Below the pieces are notes generated by a model. That model searched no databases. It was not told the DNA's origin and saw only the letters and a program-made list of their open reading frames with translations. From the IMG/VR virus record IMGVR_UViG_3300033076_000960, positions 1 through 44,554 of that record: a stretch of DNA of 44,554 nt. One strand, given 5' to 3'. This document shows positions 43,224-44,554 of the stretch, one piece after another. This DNA comes from a virus. Lineage: Duplodnaviria; Caudoviricetes. The position numbers and the translations under genes are program-made. The stretch's first letter is position 1, and each line of letters opens with the position of its first letter.

Positions 43224-43771
43224 GACAGCCCCTCGCCTTCTTCAGCGACTACGTGGATACAGGCGAAGCGGTCATCTTGCGCCTCAAAATCAGCTGACCA
43301 TCTCGTAGTATGGCAATGTCCGAAACCAGAAGGATAAACGTTCACCCACATTTCAATGCGCTTAGGCTCTGGCTTTTCTTCTGGTGCGGGTTCTTCCCAG
43401 GGGCCTATGAGGTCGTGATCGCTTTCACCATCCTCACATCTAGACCTTCCATCTTGGTGCCAACTCCAAAAATTTCCTCTGCTGTCGGCACCGACAAGGC
43501 AATCATCATCCTTGCACCCACCATCCCTCAAATCGCACCCCACCCACGCCCTTTCACCATCCCTCTGCTTATAAAATCCGGGGCCGGTGTAAACAAAGCC
43601 TTGTGGTTTTTTGGTGCTGTCTATTGCTGCGCAAATAGATAAACCTAATGCTACATATGCGTTTGAAAGCTCAATATTTCTTTGGTTAGGGTGGGTTGCA
43701 TTCAAGTGCAGGCGAACGCAGTGCGCTATTGTTTTCGCATCCTCCAATGTCAGCTTCACTTCGTTGCTCAT
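43220..43771 (-). CDS. Hypothetical protein
   Basis: YKQRDG...W..DGR...DLIGPWEE; WVNVY C-terminus. Confidence 0.75.
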   Translation of the reverse strand: MSNEVKLTLEDAKTIAHCVRLHLNATHPNQRNIELSNAYVALGLSICAAIDSTKKPQGFVYTGPGFYKQRDGERAWVGCDLRDGGCKDDDCLVGADSRGNFWSWHQDGRSRCEDGESDHDLIGPWEEPAPEEKPEPKRIEMWVNVYPSGFGHCHTTRWSADFEAQDDRFACIHVVAEEGEGLS

Positions 43772-44076
43772 GCCGCGCACTCCCCGCCACAGTCAGCAAA
43801 GCGCGGCAGGAAATAGCGACCAAGCTTGCCGGTTTTCCTGTTAATGTGATCTCGTATGCCCATTACATCGTGCATTAGATTAAATTCGTCGGCTGCCCAC
43901 ATGTCGACCAAGCGCAACTTGCACCCGTTCATGTGTGTAGCTGTAATATCCATGCGCGTATCAATTTGATTGATACGTATGCCATGCTCTTTCGCTATTT
44001 TGGCAACGCGCCGCGCTATAGAAGCAATGATTTTTGCTTCTTCTTTTGAGACATCAAATCTAATTTTCTTGCTCAT
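43768..44076 (-). CDS. Conserved phage protein (DUF6874-like)
   Basis: MDITATHMNGCKLRL...ADEFNLMHDVMGI..HINR.TGKL...FLPRF. Confidence 0.78.
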   Translation of the reverse strand: MSKKIRFDVSKEEAKIIASIARRVAKIAKEHGIRINQIDTRMDITATHMNGCKLRLVDMWAADEFNLMHDVMGIRDHINRKTGKLGRYFLPRFADCGGECAA

Positions 44077-44420
44077 GCGTATAACTCCCGCTCTGTCCAA
44101 AGCCGTCCGCCTTGTCCGGTAAATTCTTCCAGTGCTTTTGAATTGATTTCGTCGTTGTAACGGTCAAACACCGCACGGCTTACGAGGTCATAAAGCTGGT
44201 GATCCGGCTTTATCTCTATGGTGGATGTTTCCCATTTCTTGGTGGTGTAGTTGTATCTGTCGGCGCGAATATCAGCGCTTGATAGCGTTGCGTCTTCCAC
44301 ACCAGCGCGAGACACATCAACATCCACATACGCGGTGCCGTGAAATTCAAATGCGCCATAGCCAGCTTCATTTTTAAACAGCGGCACTTCTTCAAGTTCG
44401 ATCTGTATCTGGAACGACAT
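44073..44420 (-). CDS. Hypothetical protein
   Basis: ORF in the early-left operon; ATGA coupling downstream. Confidence 0.68.
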   Translation of the reverse strand: MSFQIQIELEEVPLFKNEAGYGAFEFHGTAYVDVDVSRAGVEDATLSSADIRADRYNYTTKKWETSTIEIKPDHQLYDLVSRAVFDRYNDEINSKALEEFTGQGGRLWTERELYA

Positions 44421-44554
44421 CACATGCCCCCCATGAACTGAGTGCCAATCTTGATAAGCGCCGCCAACGCATCGCGCGTGAACAGCAGGCAATACAAGAA
44501 GGTCATAACCAGAAGCGGGAATACCGCCCTGTCCGCCATATCCAGAATTTTTGA

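Larger units (their letters stand above)
1..44554. mobile_element. Temperate P22-like (podovirus-type) phage genome, probably excised form, immunity region not in window
   Basis: Continuous phage gene order (replication, terminase, portal, capsid, gp10-like tail, ejection, lysis, int/xis, recET). No host housekeeping genes. Intact attP beside int. Confidence 0.95.

Noticed and set aside
1-44554. CRISPR array, DGR/retron or other reverse transcriptase system
   Set aside because: No regularly spaced repeat-spacer array, no RT motifs and no TR/VR pair noticed by eye.

Overview
The window is most of one temperate, P22-like (short-tailed) phage genome whose host is inferred to be an alphaproteobacterium (GapR and GcrA homologues; attP core resembling the 3' end of an alphaproteobacterial CAU-anticodon tRNA). 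On the + strand: early-right/replication genes (gapR, gcrA, rusA, initiator with iterons, Q-like gene), packaging, head, tail, ejection and lysis genes. On the - strand: integrase/excisionase, many small accessory genes and recE/recT. An intact attP in mid-window suggests the excised form; no CI repressor is visible. Most notable: (1) an unannotated ~240-nt structured RNA candidate with tRNA-like outer geometry, a large inserted domain and its own strong sigma70 promoter; (2) a large terminase split into two in-frame genes around a T5orf172/GIY-YIG nuclease, with no intron core; (3) attP inside the 5' end of a LapG/BTLCP-like protease ORF, so integration would break that gene; (4) an antisense, probably autoregulated three-gene cassette; (5) repeated SD/stop/start junctions. 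All family calls come from motif recognition by eye; no searches were run.
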